Source of the DNA: Camelus dromedarius
Taxonomy: Eukaryota
Length of the DNA stretch: 64,000 nt
Assembly: GCF_036321535.1 (NCBI RefSeq)
Contig: NC_087436.1
Location: forward strand, 86,120,001-86,184,000
Direction: 5' to 3'
Shown here: one piece after another, positions 14,370 to 26,560 of the stretch
How positions within the stretch are numbered: position 1 is the stretch's first letter
How the letters are laid out: every line of letters begins with the position of its first letter
Program-made: the position numbers and the translations under genes
The notes under the pieces: model-generated
Database searches by the model: none
What the model was told of the DNA's origin: nothing
What the model saw: the letters and a program-made list of their open reading frames with translations, nothing else

Positions 14370-15524
14370 GCTATATTCCTAGGAATTGATCAAAGGAACA
14401 AATATAGTAAGAGTAACAGGAGCCAGGTTTCAATGGAAAGAGAGAACAAGAATAAATTCTACAGTGTTGGCTTGGAATTAGTTGTGTTTTGGTGAGAACA
14501 TATGGTTTTCCACATGCATGGATCAACAAAAAATAAATATAGATGTAAATGTGTGTATACACATGTACATATGTATATTCCCTGGCTCTGTTCGCTGGGA
14601 GCAGTGTCACCTCAATAAAAATGAGCATACCTAGTGCTCAGATCTTGACTTCTACACACTATTCTCCACTAAGAGCAATGGAGGCTTCCTGAAGAATTGG
14701 CTACTTCTAGAACTAGGACTGAGAAGGAAAGTACAAGATAAGCCTGGAACATCTTGTGCTAGAAACTAAAAAAACTGCTTAAGTAGTGATGAGAACCTGT
14801 TAAAGGACCATATGTGAGCTTGAATGGGCTCCCAATGGTCAATATGAACATGATTTGAAGGTAAAATTAAATAATAATAATAAGAAATTATAACCTATTT
14901 AATAAAACAGGAATCATGAGTCCATATAGACTTAAATAAATAAATGAATAACTTGAGAGTTTGAAGAGAAATGGGATATTTCTATAGCTATTAATTATAA
15001 AGAAGAGAGTACCTTCACAGTGGAGGAAGTTGGCAGACACCACTGTAATCATGTGATCAAAATGAACATCATTAGTAACAGGACAAACTGAAATTGTCAC
15101 CATCCAACATACAATGAGAAAAATACATCATCACTTTTGTGATATTCCTGCTAAAGATGTACAGTCTAATCACAAGGAAATACCAGAAAAATCCAAATTA
15201 AAGGACATTCTACAAAAGAACTGACCTGAAATCTTCAAAAGCAACAGGTCATAAAAGTCAACAAAAGACTGCGGAGTTTGGAGTTAGGAGTCACAACAAT
15301 GAAATGCAATGCTGGATTCTGAATCGAATCCTTTTGATGTAAGTGGCACAACTCGAAGGGGGTCTGAAGATGAGAAAGCAGCAATGTTAATATTTTTTAA
15401 CACCCTTATTGTAGCATAATTCCTGTACAGTAAACTTCATAATGTTAATATTAATTTCATCATTTTGATGATTGTATTGTGGTTACATGGGAAAGTGTTC
15501 TTATTTATAGAAAGTATACAAAAC
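14370..15524 (+). mobile_element. Old L1 (L1MC-like) 3' UTR; host of the retrocopy
   Basis: Degenerate L1MC motifs (AAATCCAAATTAAAGGACATTCTACAAAA, TTTTGATGATTGTATTGTGGTTA); resumes after 16220. Confidence 0.6.
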
Positions 15525-15535
15525 ATCAACCACTT

Positions 15536-16209
15536 TTTTTTTGAAATTTTCAAATGGATTTTTATTGGTTTCACAAATCTCAAAAGTTTTAGTAAGTTTT
15601 AATTATAATTAAAATTTTCCTCACTAATATGGAGATTTTACTTGCTGAAAGGCTAATAATCAATTACTCCGAATTTCCATGAAGCTTAATCACCCCTCTC
15701 CTTAACTTTTACACTAAATGTCATAAAAATTTGATCTGAAACCCAGTATTCCATAAACTCTCACTTTATGAAATTATTACAGAAGTATCCATGGAAATCC
15801 AAACATGTCCATTACCGTTAAACGCTAATATCATGAACATACACATATGATTAACTAGTATAAACTGAATTCCCAAAGAGGACGTTCTTAGGCATATACG
15901 TACACGAAACACAGCCAGAGAAACAAGATATTGGGGTTCCCTCCTACAAAAATCTGCCTTAAAACCATGTTGGAAAAGGTCCTTTCAGATACGTAGATTT
16001 TAACAGTTTTCTTGAGGTATATAAATGCATACCATGAAAGTCATCCATTGTAAGTGAACAGTCTGAAAATTTTTAGTAAATGTAAAAAGTTGTACAGCCA
16101 CCACCACAACCAAACCTTGGAACTTTTCTATCATCCCAAAATATTCCCCTGTGTCTGTTTGCAGACAATCCCTGCTCCCTCATTTGGGTTCATGGAAAAC
16201 AGATTCAAG
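15536..16209 (-). pseudogene. Retrocopy of an unidentified polyadenylated transcript 3' end
   Basis: 11-bp TSD ATCAACCACTT (15525-15535 / 16210-16220), T9 tail, AATAAA (minus) at 15561-15566 about 19 nt from the tail. Confidence 0.8.
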
Positions 16210-18504
16210 ATCAACCACTTATTCTTAAATGAGTCAAATTTTAAAATGTTTGTATTATAATTTCAATTTTTTTTCTGCAACATTCTGATTGTTTTGAAAC
16301 AACTATAATCAATTACAGATCCCTCTTCTTTCCCATTTCCTGTCTCCCCCTGCCCCCAAAATTTAATATTTTCATGCACTTGTATGTTTTTATCCTTTTA
16401 TAATCTGTATTTATATTCATAAACAAGATACAGCACTGTTCTACAAATTTTAGAACTCCAAAACATAGTATATGGTGTTTGTTTTTATTATTGGTTTTGG
16501 TTTTTATACTCAAAACTGCTTTTGAAATTTATCCATTTTGGTACAGGCAACTCAAGGTCATTCATTTTAACTATTTAATATTATTCCACAGCACGAACAT
16601 CTCACAGTGTATTTATTCATTCAGTTTCCTATTGGTGAAGATGTTTATTGTTTTCGTGTCTTCACAAACAGTACTGCAATAATCAGTGTTTTTCCCCTTG
16701 AACCAGTGTACAAGAATTTCACTGGGGTGCGTACTGGGAAGTAGAATTACTGGATGGGAGGGCAGGAATATTTTTAGCCTTAATATAAATCGCCAGGTTG
16801 CTCTCCAAAATAGTCATATTTATTTGCATTCTCCTCAGCCTTTCATAAGCAGCCCCACTGGTCCACAACCCAGCTAACACGTGGTTTTGTCAGACGTGAT
16901 TTTTGCTAATCTTCTCTGCATTAAATTGTATCTTGTGATTGTATAATTTGTATTTCCCTTGTTATGAATGATGCTGAAAATCTCTTCATGTTTATTGACA
17001 TTTAGCTTTCTTTTCCTGTATCATTTGCTCATTTTTCTATCGGATTGTCTGTCTTTTTCTTTTTGATTAGAAAAGGGTACTATACATTCCAGATTCTAGT
17101 CCTTTTTGTAACTTGTAAGTATCTTCTTCCAGCCTATGATCTACATTGTCATTTTGTTGGTAACATCTTTTGTTCTTTAGAAGCTTTTCCATCTGCCTGT
17201 AATTAAATGTATTATTCCTTGACTTATGGTTCCACTAGACTCTAAGTTCTCTGGTACGAAGAATTATCTTATCCTCTTCTTGTTCCCAGTGCTTACATCA
17301 GTGCCTGGCATCTAGTAGATTCGCAGTAAATATTTGTAAAATGAATGAATAAAGTAATTAATGGATAAATGCTTTGTGCATTTTGTGTCTTCTTTTTTGT
17401 TGTTGTTATTTTGTGTCTTAATACATTCTTCCCAACCTTGGACTCACTAAGATATTTTCTTATATTTTCCCCTAAAACTTTTAGAGTTTTGCTTTTGTCT
17501 TTAATCTACACAGAACTGACATTTGAATACAGGGTGATATCGGAATCTACTTCCCCTCCTCCACCCATTTGAATAATGAATTATCCCAGCATTATTTATT
17601 GAAAAGTTCCTGACCCTACTTGTCCAGTGTGTGAGTTTTACACACCAGATGTGGAAAAGAGAGTTAAATTGCCTTCTGTTTTGGATTCCATTGCCATCTT
17701 ACTTGTTCCTGGTGCTACAACTTTAAAGGAAATCTATCTCAGAATGCTTCATCCTAAGTGGAACAAGACTGAATACTCTGGCAATATGGCACAAACTTTC
17801 CACATTTTCATCAAAGTGATAATGGGTTTTTTAGTGAAATAACCTCCTGCTAAACTTCCAAAGTCGTAAATACTAAAGGAGCACTCCTTGGCATAGAATA
17901 GTCACCCATTACATGATGGTTATTTCTCAAATCTTGGTATTTGGGGAAGTCTGCAGGCCACCAACTTGTAATAGACATTAGGGCTAATCACACAAGTTCC
18001 CAATCTTTAAGCACAAGGTAAGACTTCACTTTCCTGCCATCCTTCAAGTTAGAAGTTGCCATGTGACTTGCTTTGGCCAATGAAATGTGAGCAAAGGAAA
18101 TATGTTATACTTCCAAATAAACAAATTTAAAAGTTCCTTTCCGGCCCCTGACGACTTGAATCATGTGTCAAAATGGAGCCTCTATGAACCTGACTCATTG
18201 GATGATTGACTTACATTGGACATTTTGCTTACGCGCTTGGTTATGTTAAGTTGTGTTAGAATACACCGTGCTTGCTTATTTTAAGCCACTGGGGCTGCTT
18301 GTTACCGCAGCATGATACAGCCTACCTTAACTGATACTCCACTAAAACCAAATCAACATTGCCAAAAACAAATAATATCTTACTACCGAAAAAGAACAGG
18401 CTTTAGAGACCGAAAGCCAATGGTTCAATATAAATTCAGCAAAGTTCTCCCTAGTTTTCATTTAGCTTGAGATCTTTAGTAAGCTAGAAAAAAAAAAAAA
18501 AGCA

Positions 18505-19039
18505 GATCTGCATTTTCCAATATAGTAGCCCTATGTAACTTGAAATGTGGCTTCTGTGAATTGAGATGTGCTACAAATACACGAGATTTAGAAAACTCAG
18601 TCTGAAAAAAAAAAGAATGTAAAATAACTCAACACTTTTTAATGTTCACTACACAGAAATAAGGATATTTTGGATATATTGTGTTAAATAAAATATATTA
18701 TGAAAATTAACCTTGCATGATTCTTACAATTTTAGCATAGCTGCAGAAAATGTAAAATTATCTGTGACCTGCATTTGTGGCTTGAACTATTGGGCAGCAC
18801 TGATCTAGACCAGAGACCAGGGAAAATACAGCTTGTGGACCAAATGCAGCATGCCACCTGTTTTTATAAATAAAGTTTTATTGGAACACAGCCAGGCTTG
18901 TTCATTTATGTATGTCTATGGCTGTTTCTTGCTGCAGAGGCAGAACTGAGCAGTTGCCATAGAGACTGTGTGAACCAAAAGGTTCATGTATTTACTACCC
19001 ATCCTTTACAGCAAAAGTCTGCTGACCTCTGATCTAGAC
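18505..19039. mobile_element. Adjacent hAT-Charlie MITEs (MER33-like then MER58A-like)
   Basis: MER58A-like TTTTATAAATAAAGTTTTATTGGAACACAGCCA; 8-bp TSD ATCTAGAC at 18803-18810 and 19032-19039. Confidence 0.75.
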
Positions 19040-19645
19040 TATACAGCATGAGAATGCATTCTAAGAGTAATGCCCTAGTCTACACATTCCTCTCAGGGCA
19101 TCTCTGTATAATGCCTTCTCCCCCATTTAATTGACTATAACAGGTATTAAGGGTTTTATGTGGTCCTATCATAATACTTGCTGATTTCAATACCTACAAT
19201 ATTCTCCCAATATCTTGGACTCTCATTTTCTTAACCTCTTCATCTGTAATGATTTTTTGTCTTCTTCAGTCCTACACTGCCATGGTCATCTGTAGATTCT
19301 GTCATTCCATACTCTTTGTGATGCACCCTCCCGTAGTCTCAGTCAAGTATCCCACTTTCCAATCACCATTCTATATTTCCAGCTCCTTTCTTCCCACATT
19401 CAGACCTCTGTTCTTCTGGGTCCTCAGTCTGACAACCTTGGAATCACCCTTGCCACCATTCCCTGTGACAAAGGAAAGGAAGGGCATAAGGAAGGACAAA
19501 ACCCTATTGCCAAGAGGTGGGGTAACATGGATGCCGGGAAGAGAGATTATAGGATTTCCTCGTGTGAGGTCAACAATGCCCTTGTAAAGAGCAAAGTTTC
19601 TGGAGGGTGGGGACAAAATCCTGATTAAAGAATGTTGAGGAAACA

Positions 19646-19779
19646 AGAGGGGAGGGTATAGCTCAGTGGTACAGCTCATGCTTAGCATGCATGAGGTTCT
19701 GGGTTCAATCCCCAGTACCCCTATGAAAAAATTAAAAATAAACAAATAAGTAAACCCAATTACCTCCTGCCCCTTCAAA
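19646..19779 (+). mobile_element. tRNA-derived SINE (camelid vic-1-like)
   Basis: GGGGAGGGTATAGCTCAGTGGTA...GGTTCAATCCCCAG head, A-rich middle, AATTACCTCC tail; 19-bp TSD AAAGAATGTTGAGGAAACA at 19627-19645 and 19780-19798. Confidence 0.9.
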
Positions 19780-21072
19780 AAAGAATGTTGAGGAAACAGC
19801 GCGGTATTTCTCTAGCAATTTGTTGGAGTCTGAATAGTTAAAAAGCTCTTATTAAGCAAATAATGTGGGCTAATCAGTTTGTGGAGCCATTTTGGAAAAG
19901 CTTGAAACTTTAGCCCTGAAAGTCATACTAATGAGTTTATATTTTCTTTGACTCTGAAGGTCTTTTAGAGTTTTGCATTAGGAAAATTATTCAGGCAGAA
20001 ATTGGCACCAAGTATCTCGATGGGTTTAGAAGTCAGTTAAGAGGCTACTGAAAATAGTCCAGCTACAAGCTAATGAGGTACTAAAGTGGGAGGTAGGGGG
20101 CCCAACAGCGACACTGGGAATACGAAATGTGCCTCAGATGGAATTAATCAGATTTGAAACTGGCTAGATGTGGGTGAGGAGAGGGAAGAGTGAGCCAAGG
20201 ACATCCAGAAGCGCTTGAACTTGGATCCCTGGGAACTGTGGAAGCAGGAAGAGACACTGAATCTTAGAGTTGGTTTGAGGGGAAGATGATGGCTTGAGTC
20301 TTAAATATTTGGAGTTGACAGAGCTGGACGACAGTCTGGTGAAGACGGCAATTAGAATATGGTCACGGCACTAGAAAGAGTACTGAAGCTGCAGTTCAGC
20401 GAGCTGCATAGAAAAGGAAGTTGAAGCTTCAAAAGATGATGAGATAGTAACAATATTTCCTTTTACTGGGAGCTTACTTTCTAACAAGAACTACCTTAAA
20501 CATTCTAAATATTCCTTTCCCAATCCTACAGTGTAAGTAAGTAGTAGGCAGGTCTGGTCTGTATTATAGACCAGAACGCTAAGATTAAGAGGGATTGCAC
20601 AACTTGCATTAACAGAGCTCAAAGATAAAGGGTTAGAACTTGAACCCAGACCTGCCTGACCTCATGGGGTCTGAGGCATGAATTTGATAGCAGAAGAAAG
20701 AGTCAATGAAGGAGACAGAGAGAAGTTATTAGGAGAAAGAAAATCATAAGCTACTGAGGGTAAAGAAAGAAAAAAGAAGAAATTTCAAGGAGAAATTCAT
20801 CAATCAAATGCTGTAGAACTGAAGAAAAAAAAAAAAAAGAAGAAGAAGAAGAAGATCACTAGGTTTAGCTGCTACTGTCCATTTCAGTGGATGGAGAAGG
20901 AGAAAGGCAGATTTCTAAGGTTAAATCTGAACAAAGCCCAGAGTGAAGAATGACAAGGGGGTGCTGTTGTCAGTAACTGTCCTAGTTGCCTGGACACCCA
21001 ACGTCCTGTCTCCCAGGAAACCCCCACTGCTCATCCTAGTAGGGGCATGTGGTGGAGACTACTTTTTCCCAC

Positions 21073-21262
21073 TTTTTTTTTTTATTGTGGTAAAATACAC
21101 GTAACATAAAATGTATCATCTTAACCATTGTTTAGTATACAGTACAGTAATATTAAATACATTTATAATGCCAGCTGTCACCACCACTCACCTTCATAAC
21201 TCTTTTCATCTTGTAAAAGTGAACTCCATACCCATTAAACAATAACTCCCACTCCTCCTACC
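21073..21262 (-). mobile_element. L1MB-like 3' end
   Basis: Poly-T then ATTGTGGTAAAATACAC...CCCATTAAACAATAACTCCC. Confidence 0.75.
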
Positions 21263-23799
21263 CTCGTGTGGACCACTGTTTAGACGTTGGGCAAAAAAGA
21301 ACAGAGAGATAAGGTGTGTGCTTAAAGGAGTATCAAGGCCAAGGAAAGATTTTTGATTCTGATTTCAAGGTAAAGAAAACCTGTGAATAAGTGAAGAGAA
21401 GAGATTTAAAAGTACAACCAAGAGGAGGAATAGTTGTTGGACTGAGTCCCAGAAGAAGTGAGACTATATTGTCCAGAAAGACAGAGGGCAATGTGCCCTG
21501 CCGGTCTCAGCCCTCAGGTCTGGGCTTGGAGCTGCCTAATCCTGGGTCTCTAATAAGCAAGGAGTTCCTGGATGCCAGCCTTCGTGCTCCTTCACAGATC
21601 TGCAGTGGAGTGTGGGATTCAAGTCAGATGCTTTAGGTCTCAGATCCTAGCTTGCAGTCCTCGGGAGACCGTGGGTGTCACAATCTGAGTCTCAGTTTCC
21701 TTCTCTGTGTGATGCACTAGTATTATTTTGCTTGGGCTGGTGGTTACAAAGGTAGAGTAGGGCAGGTTGCAAATTCCCAAGCACTCACGACTTTTATTAT
21801 TTCTCCTATCTGCTGTGTTGGAATTTTTCTGGACCTCTGCAGCCTATGAATACCTTTCCCCTCACTCACCCAGTCTACTTCTGTCCTGAGGTGTAATCCG
21901 GGGTGATCACAGAACTGGGGCAAGGCATAGAGGTGGGGTGATGGAAACCCATTTAATGGCCCTGCTACTGAGAGCTGGGCTTAGAAACCAGCCCATCTGG
22001 CTCTCTTTTCACTGCCAGTGGGACACTAATGATGTGTCTTTGCACACAGGCTGGGAAAAAATGAGATTTACATATGTTTCAGTAGAACCCCAGATGCTAG
22101 CACAGGAGGCTTGGGTCAGGGAGAAGGGCCGTAGGAAGATGGAAAACCAGATAGAAGTCGGGAGCACAGCAGCTGGCCCGTGATCGGTACTCAACAACTG
22201 TATGCTTAAACTGCAATTCTATGCTTCCCAACTCTATGCTTAAATTGCACCTATTTTGGGGAAAATTTTCCATATTTGAAGTACGCATCTAGTTCACCTT
22301 CCCCAGGGCAGATCCCAGCTGTGCTCTGTGAAGCTCTTCCCATCAGACTGATACCCTGACTTCCAGGATATCTAGAAGGAATACCTGATAGGGAGATAAC
22401 AGATAGGAAAATAGATGGGAAGGCTTATCTACATAGATGGAATTTAAATGATTTTAAAACAGACGTGTTTGGAAATCAAACTGATAGCCATCAAGTTTCC
22501 CGGTTAGAGAAGTCCTCTCATTTCCTGGAAGAAGGAAATGTTTTTGATTGCTAAAACTCTTTATGAGAAAAAAAAATTCGCTGTGGGAAATTATAAACAT
22601 TATATATAGTATCAAATTAAACTTATTATCGCATTATCAGAAATTGGAATCATCGTTGCCATGCCTTTCCAGAATAGTGACATTCAAATTCATGATCTGA
22701 TGAGTGTCAGTACATCACTGTGGCTAAATCTACAGGCTTTGGAGTTAGAAAATATGGTTTGTAATTCTAGCTCTCCCTAGCTGTGTAACTGTGATCAAAT
22801 TACTTAACCTCTCTGAGACTCAAAAGCCTCCACTGTATTGTTGTGAAACTTAAACAATGTCATGTATGCAAGGCACTTAGAATAGTGCTATGAATAGTCT
22901 CAATTATTATCATTAAGATGACAAAATACCTAATAATATGTTTAGTATATTTTTTACCCTAAAAGTGGTTATAATGTGCTAATTAAAAAAAAAACCTGAT
23001 CATCTGTATTTGATATAGATTCTAAAGCTCCGATAACCTACTAACATAGGGAATAATACTTACAGAGTGAATCAGGAGAATTACATCATTTGTGTTCTGG
23101 TCTCTCCCATCTTTTTCATCAGCACAGTTTTCAAACAGTAGCTTTTTGAACAATGTTCAGGTGGCTAAAAAGAGTTAATAAAGATTTCCAAGAACCTGAG
23201 TTTACCACCTAAGAAAAGCTTAGGCGCTGGAAGATTCTTACTCATTTACCCCAAACACAAAGGCTGAACTAACAATCAGCCCACATTTTCTTTTAATAAA
23301 TGGCATAAATTTTCTTTTTAAGTGCATTAAATTAAAATTTAGACTACATTTAAAAGGATCTTATCAAAAGAAACCACATGTAATGACAATTAGTCAACGT
23401 TTATAATTCAAATTTTAACTTGTAACGTTGTAGTTAGCAATTGCCTCCCTATTTACATCACCTATCTAACTTTCTCGTCAGCAGTTCCCTCCACTGTTAC
23501 AAATAGGCACAAAACTCAGAAATGTTTGAGAGATTTGAGAGTTTTTACTTCTTTGCTTTCCCCAGTTTATTGCCTTATAAGAGGCTTATTTAAATAATGG
23601 GTTTTAAATATTTTTTAAAAGGGCATCTGTATACACCTCTTTATTTTACAAGCTAGGTATATATTTAGGAAATTCATTTTATGCACAACATTTACCTTCC
23701 TTTTAAGCTTATTTCTCATTCTGTATGTTTATATAAACATGAAATTTTCATGTTTTTTTAAAATTTCATTTTCTTTTCAATGAAAAAGAAAGTTTTAGA

Positions 23800-24900
23800 G
23801 GCAAAGGTTACAAAACAGACTCAGTCCCCACCCTCATGGAGCTTAAAGTCCAGGAGAGTAGACAGACATTGAACAGGTCTTCACAACTGTGATGATTCTT
23901 TGAAAAGCGAGGTGCAGTGACATTCAGGGTAGGAAGAGGTTTGCCGACAATTTGGGGGCGTTAGGGAAGGATGCCTGTGCCCGGGCCTTGGGGTTAGGCA
24001 GCAGAAAGGCGAGTAAGAATATCGATGGTACAGAAAACAGCCTTGGTGTAGCCTCAGGACAAAGCAGAGTGTGGTGAGCCGGGTTAAAAAAAAAGGGGAA
24101 TAGTCCCAGGGTGAGGTTGGAGGGGTCGGCAGGGGCTGGCTCATTGGAGCCTTATGGGCTGTGGTATGAATTTGGACCTGATTCTAAGGGCATTGGGCAG
24201 TCATTGAGAGATTGTATGCAAGAGAGTGGCACGATCATATTTTGCATTTTTAAAAGATAGCTCAGGTGGAGAGAGGGAAGAAAGGAGACAGAGTAGAAGC
24301 AGGGAAACCAGTTAAGAGACTAGTTAGTAGAACAGAGACAGGGGATTTTGGCTTGTACTGGAGGATGACAGTAGGAACAGAAAGAGATCTTTAGCCAGTA
24401 GACTTGACAGGATCTGGGGTTTGATTACATTTGAAGGATTAGGGAGGTGGAAGAGCCAAGCATAACTTCCAAATTTCAGACTTGAGCCCCTAGATAGATG
24501 GTGAGAACTATTCATGGGGCTAGGAATCCTAGAGGAAGTGCAAGTTTGAGGAGAAAGTGACGAGTCTGAGATTCAGATGTCCAGTGGGCAAGTGGCTGTC
24601 GGTGTCTGAAACTTAGTGAAGTCCAGTTGAAGGCTTAGATTTAGAGTCATTAGCATTTAAAAGGAGTTTTAGGTCGTGGGAGTCGAGAAGCTCAGCAAAT
24701 GCGTATGGACTAAGAAGAGCAACAGTCCTAGAAAACAATCTGGAAAAACTCCAACATTTAATGATTGAATAGATGGAGAAGACCAAAAGTGGAGAATGCT
24801 GCATCACAGAAACAAAGGGAAAAGAAATGTCTTAGGAGAGAGCAATCAACATTAAAAACACTGCTGAGCTGTTAAATAAAGAAAAGAATACAAAAATAGC
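23800..24900. mobile_element. L2 fragment
   Basis: Purine-rich L2-like motifs (CCCTCATGGAGCTTA, GATCATATTTTGCATTTTTAAAAGAT, GAAACCAGTTAAGAGACT). Confidence 0.6.
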
Positions 24901-25196
24901 TTCTGTACTTACCAACATGGAGTGGAAGTCACAGGAAGCCCTAAGGAGTACTGATGGCACACGCTGAGCAGGCCTAGAATGTCAAAAGATGTTTGACTTT
25001 CTGCCCCCACTGCTATTTGGGGGCAAAAGGGTTTGATTATAGCTGTGCCTAAAAGGTATTAACCCAGTAACAAACTACAAATCACAGGGACACGGATTAG
25101 AAGTAGGGAGGGTAATTAAGAGGCTCCTGCAATAGTCCAAGCAAGAAGAACCTGAACTCGGGGGCTTAAAGCAAAGCTAGAAATAAGAGAGAGAGT

Positions 25197-25289
25197 GTAT
25201 CAGTCATTCATCTTTCGGTTGTAAGTGAAGAAAACAACTCATTTTGGTTTAAATAATAAAGGGGATTTACTAGTCGTGTTAAGTGAAAA
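25197..25289. mobile_element. Old ERVL-type solo LTR (LTR33-like), left part; host of the provirus
   Basis: TGTATCAGTC...GGTTGTAAGTGA...GGGGATTTACT resembles the recalled LTR33 start and continues at 34122. Confidence 0.6.
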
Positions 25290-25855
25290 TGTTACCGATG
25301 CTCCCAATTTGGCCGCCAACCAGGGTCCTCCTGTCTCGTGTCAGTGGTGCCAATAGAATGAGACTGAGTTCTGTTCAGAAGCAAAGGAAAGCTTTATTCT
25401 TAGATCAAAAAATGGGGAGGTTCAGCTCTCAGAGTCCACACTCTCCCCGAAGGCCGTGGGCGGGGCTCTTCACAGGGTTCTCCGCAGCAGGGAGGGCGCA
25501 CTTCCCGCTGGGCGGGCGCGGGCGCGGGCTCGGGCTCAAGCGCAGGCGCAGGGGGGCTGCTCCCCCTTCAGGTCGCGGTGCCAGGCGCAGCGGCTCTGCA
25601 CACGGCCGCCATCTTGAATCCGGGTGTCGTGAGCAGCCCTTCTGCGCGCAGGCCACCGCACTGAGGCGTCCGCGCAGCCGTTTGGCACTAGGAACTCTGG
25701 CCTGAAGGGCTGGGTGCGAGGACTCTGCAGGCAGCTCCCTGTGAGCAAGTGAAACTGGACCAAGCACAAAGAAAAGGATGAAAAGGTTAGACTTTGTTTA
25801 TTACCCAGATTCTAGTTTTATTTCCTGTAATTATTAATGGGCTTTGCTGGTGACA
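25290..25855 (-). mobile_element. 3' LTR of provirus (566 bp)
   Basis: On minus begins TGTCACC right after the PPT GGGGAGGGATT and ends GGTAACA; AATAAA at 25393-25398. Confidence 0.9.
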
Positions 25856-25899
25856 AATCCCTCCCCTGCCTTTTGTCCTGCTCCTCATTCTTCAGAGGC

Positions 25900-26560
25900 A
25901 CAAGTCCGTCTTCTGTAACTGATTCCTGCTGATTTGGGGCATCGTCCTAACCCTGGGGAGAGGAGCAGAGCTTCCCGCCACCTGCCTTTAGATGTGTTGG
26001 CTTGTCACCAGTACTCAGCCCTGACTGTCTGTATCCCTGAGCCGCCACCATTTGTCTAATCTTTAGAGACACAGAACATCAGGTGATTTAGGTTGTGAGG
26101 CCCAAACATTAGCAAGACAATAATGGTCATTAAGGGCACAGGAGAGGTAGGAACCCGGTGACACCGGAGAGGTCCTGATTACCCTCGCTCCATGTTAGTT
26201 CATCCAGACTATGCAGCCTGGTTTCTGCCAGCCAGGTTGCTTTTTCCAGTTGTCTGTGCTTTCATAAATTAGTCCACTTACATCAAAACAGCACAGTGGC
26301 CAGTGCATGCCCCTCCCTGGGGAGCTAACAGATAATCTAGGGCAATTTGGTTATCCAACCATACCGGCCAGGAAGGCAGTGGACTTCTCTGTAACAGCTT
26401 GAAGTCAAGACTGGTCACATGGGCCACCAACATCATCGTGGCTGTTACCTTTCTTTTTTGTGGTAACAGAGTTATATACAGTTCACCTGGCCAACGTCAC
26501 GAGCACCCCTATTAGTGCATTGATTCCAATAATTAGTAGTCTGTCCTTGTGGGACACTTT
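25900..26560 (-). pseudogene. env: ERV env remnant (TM region; SU largely deleted)
   Basis: Minus-strand translation near 26300-26365 gives WLDNQIALDYLLAPQGGAC, a CKS-17-type immunosuppressive domain; only ~0.7 kb lies between IN and the PPT. Confidence 0.75.

Noticed and set aside
19646..19720. tRNA-Ala-like sequence as a tRNA gene (also at 28.8 and 37.9 kb)
   Set aside because: Followed by the SINE body and A-rich tail and flanked by TSDs; these are SINE heads.
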